A stretch of 64,000 nt of DNA. Source: Malacoraja senta. Lineage: Eukaryota. The notes beneath the pieces were generated by a model. The model was given only the letters and a program-made list of their open reading frames with translations. It searched no databases and was not told the DNA's origin. The stretch covers positions 1,116,001 to 1,180,000 of the forward strand of contig CM075977.1 of the NCBI GenBank assembly GCA_038087875.1, in the 5' to 3' direction. The first letter of the stretch is position 1; every line of letters starts with the position of its first letter. Shown here in pieces: positions 62,298 to 64,000 of the stretch. The translations under genes were made by a program, and so were the position numbers.

Positions 62298-62875
62298 GCT
62301 GCCCATAATGAACAGTCATATAGCACAGTCTACACAGAGCATCAACCACCCATTACGGGTGATCTGAGATGTCTAGTGTTGACAATAGTATTTGTTGGAC
62401 TGTTTCCTGAATAAAACTAATCCTGCAATCATTGTCAGCTGTTGCTCTGAGCCCTGAAGTGCCAGAAACATACTCGCAAAAAATTAAAACTTTTAAAAAA
62501 CAGTCCAATTTTACAAGAAAGAGCTCATTGCTTAGCAGCACGCAGAATGCCTCTGCAGTGGGTTAATTAGTCAGCCCACTTATTCTTGCATCGGAGAGTT
62601 TTGAAACAAAGGCCTTTAGGGACCGAGAGTGAGTGAACAAAAGGAATGAATGTTATGGGAATGGAAGGCAGGAGAGATTAAATGACAAAAGGAGGGCTCT
62701 GCAATACAAAAGGGTGTGGTAATGGGACAAGAACAGAAAGAGAAGATGGGTCAGGAGGAGGTGTGAATGGTCAGAACAGAATAGCCAGAAGGGATATGGG
62801 GTGGGAGAATGTGAAAATGAGGTAAGGTTCCCAACAACTGGGAGTGAGGTGAAACAAACAAGGACACAAAGTGGG

Positions 62876-63120
62876 TAGGAAGGAACTGCAGATGCTGATT
62901 TAAACCGATAGACACAAAGTGCTGGAGTAACTCGGCGGGACAGGCAGCATCTCTGGAGAGAAGGAATAAGTGATGTTTCGGGCTGAAACGTCTTGACCCG
63001 AAATGTCACCCATTCCTTCTCTCCATGGTCACAAAATGCTGGAGTAACTCAGCGGTCGGTTTAGGCAGCATCTTTGGAGAACGTGGGTAGGCAATGTTTT
63101 GGGTCTGGACCCTTCAGGTG
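62876..63120. mobile_element. Cluster of Penelope-derived short arms
   Basis: gaaggaactgcagatgctg...gctggagtaactc arms in both orientations. Confidence 0.7.
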
Positions 63121-63359
63121 AAGCATCAGGTGAAACAAGGTGGTTAAATCCAAATGTTGAGACCACTCTGCTGATGTGTAGCTGATGCCAGCGCCCGCCC
63201 TCCTCCCCTGACTCGTGCATGGGTAAATGCATCTGTGTGTGTCTGTGTTTAGATTAGATGAGATGAACAGTGGAGCCACATCGACATCAGTGAGACTAAG
63301 CATTGACTAGACGATTGATTCGCAGAGCACCTGCACTCTGTTCTAAACAGCTGTTATAA

Positions 63360-64000
63360 TAGCGTATAATCCTCCAACACTTTCTCCACCTCCAACGGGA
63401 TCCCACTACTGGCCACATCTTCCCATCTCCACCCCTTTCTGCTTTCCTCAGATACTGTTCCCTCCGCAACTTCCTGGTCAATTCCCACCTAAACCACCCC
63501 CTCCCCAGGTATTTTCCCCTGCAACTGCCGGAGATGCAACATCTGTCCCCTTACCTTCCACATCGACTCCATCCAAGGCCCCGATAGTCTTTTCAGGTGA
63601 GGCAGAAGTTCACTTGCACCTCCTCCAACCTCATCTGCTGTATCCGCTGTTCCAGGTGTTAACTTCTGTACATCGGCAAGACCAAGCGCAGTCTCGCCGA
63701 CCATTTTGCTCAACACCTCCGCTCAGTCCGCCTTAACCTACCTGATCTCCCGGTGGCTCAGCACTTTTACTGGGGTCAAGGAAAGAACGTTCATGCCGCG
63801 GCCCTGTTTCCACCAATCTTTCCACCACCACGCACAAGAAGCACAAGAAGTGACAAGACAGACACCATTGTATGCAGATGCCGAGAAGTGTGTTTAGCTC
63901 TGGCTGAACAACTTCTAATCTTGTGTGTGGACTCGATAAGAAGAAGCACTTTAATTCCCTCTCCCATTCCCAATCTGACCTTTCTGTCCTGGGCCTCCAT
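63360..64000 (+). mobile_element. Degraded Penelope fragment (end of RT and GIY-YIG), interrupted at about 63768-63945
   Basis: Collinear with 21.7-22.2 kb: ccaacctcatctgctgtatccgctgttcc...tacatcggcaagaccaagcg...gtggctcagcactt. Confidence 0.85.

Overview
Eukaryotic, repeat-saturated genomic DNA. The repeat families (V/HE1-type tRNA SINEs with CR1-like tails, CR1, Rex-Babar, Penelope, DIRS) suggest a cartilaginous fish, probably a skate or ray; this is inference from repeat content only. No prokaryotic genes, rRNA, true tRNA or CRISPR are visible. The window looks like intronic sequence of an unidentified + strand host gene, with four small phase-compatible candidate exons at about 29.0, 53.8, 56.2 and 61.0 kb. 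Main elements: (i) a 5'-truncated Penelope-like retroelement (RT + GIY-YIG, 21.5-23.6 kb, -) with a minimal hammerhead-ribozyme motif downstream of its ORF; (ii) about 15 short non-coding derivatives of that same end, many palindromic and flanked by their own target-site duplications; (iii) a young CR1 LINE (25.0-27.8 kb, -); (iv) two head-to-head DIRS tyrosine-recombinase retrotransposons (36.5-41.1 kb -, 41.7-46.6 kb +) with near-identical termini and an adenine-methyltransferase-like domain; (v) three Harbinger-type MITEs, two hAT-type non-autonomous elements, Rex-Babar and Tx1 remnants, and about 15 SINEs. There are two assembly gaps. The most interesting candidate system is the family of hammerhead-bearing palindromic Penelope-derived mini-retroelements together with a likely autonomous partner. 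Coordinates of degraded repeats are approximate.
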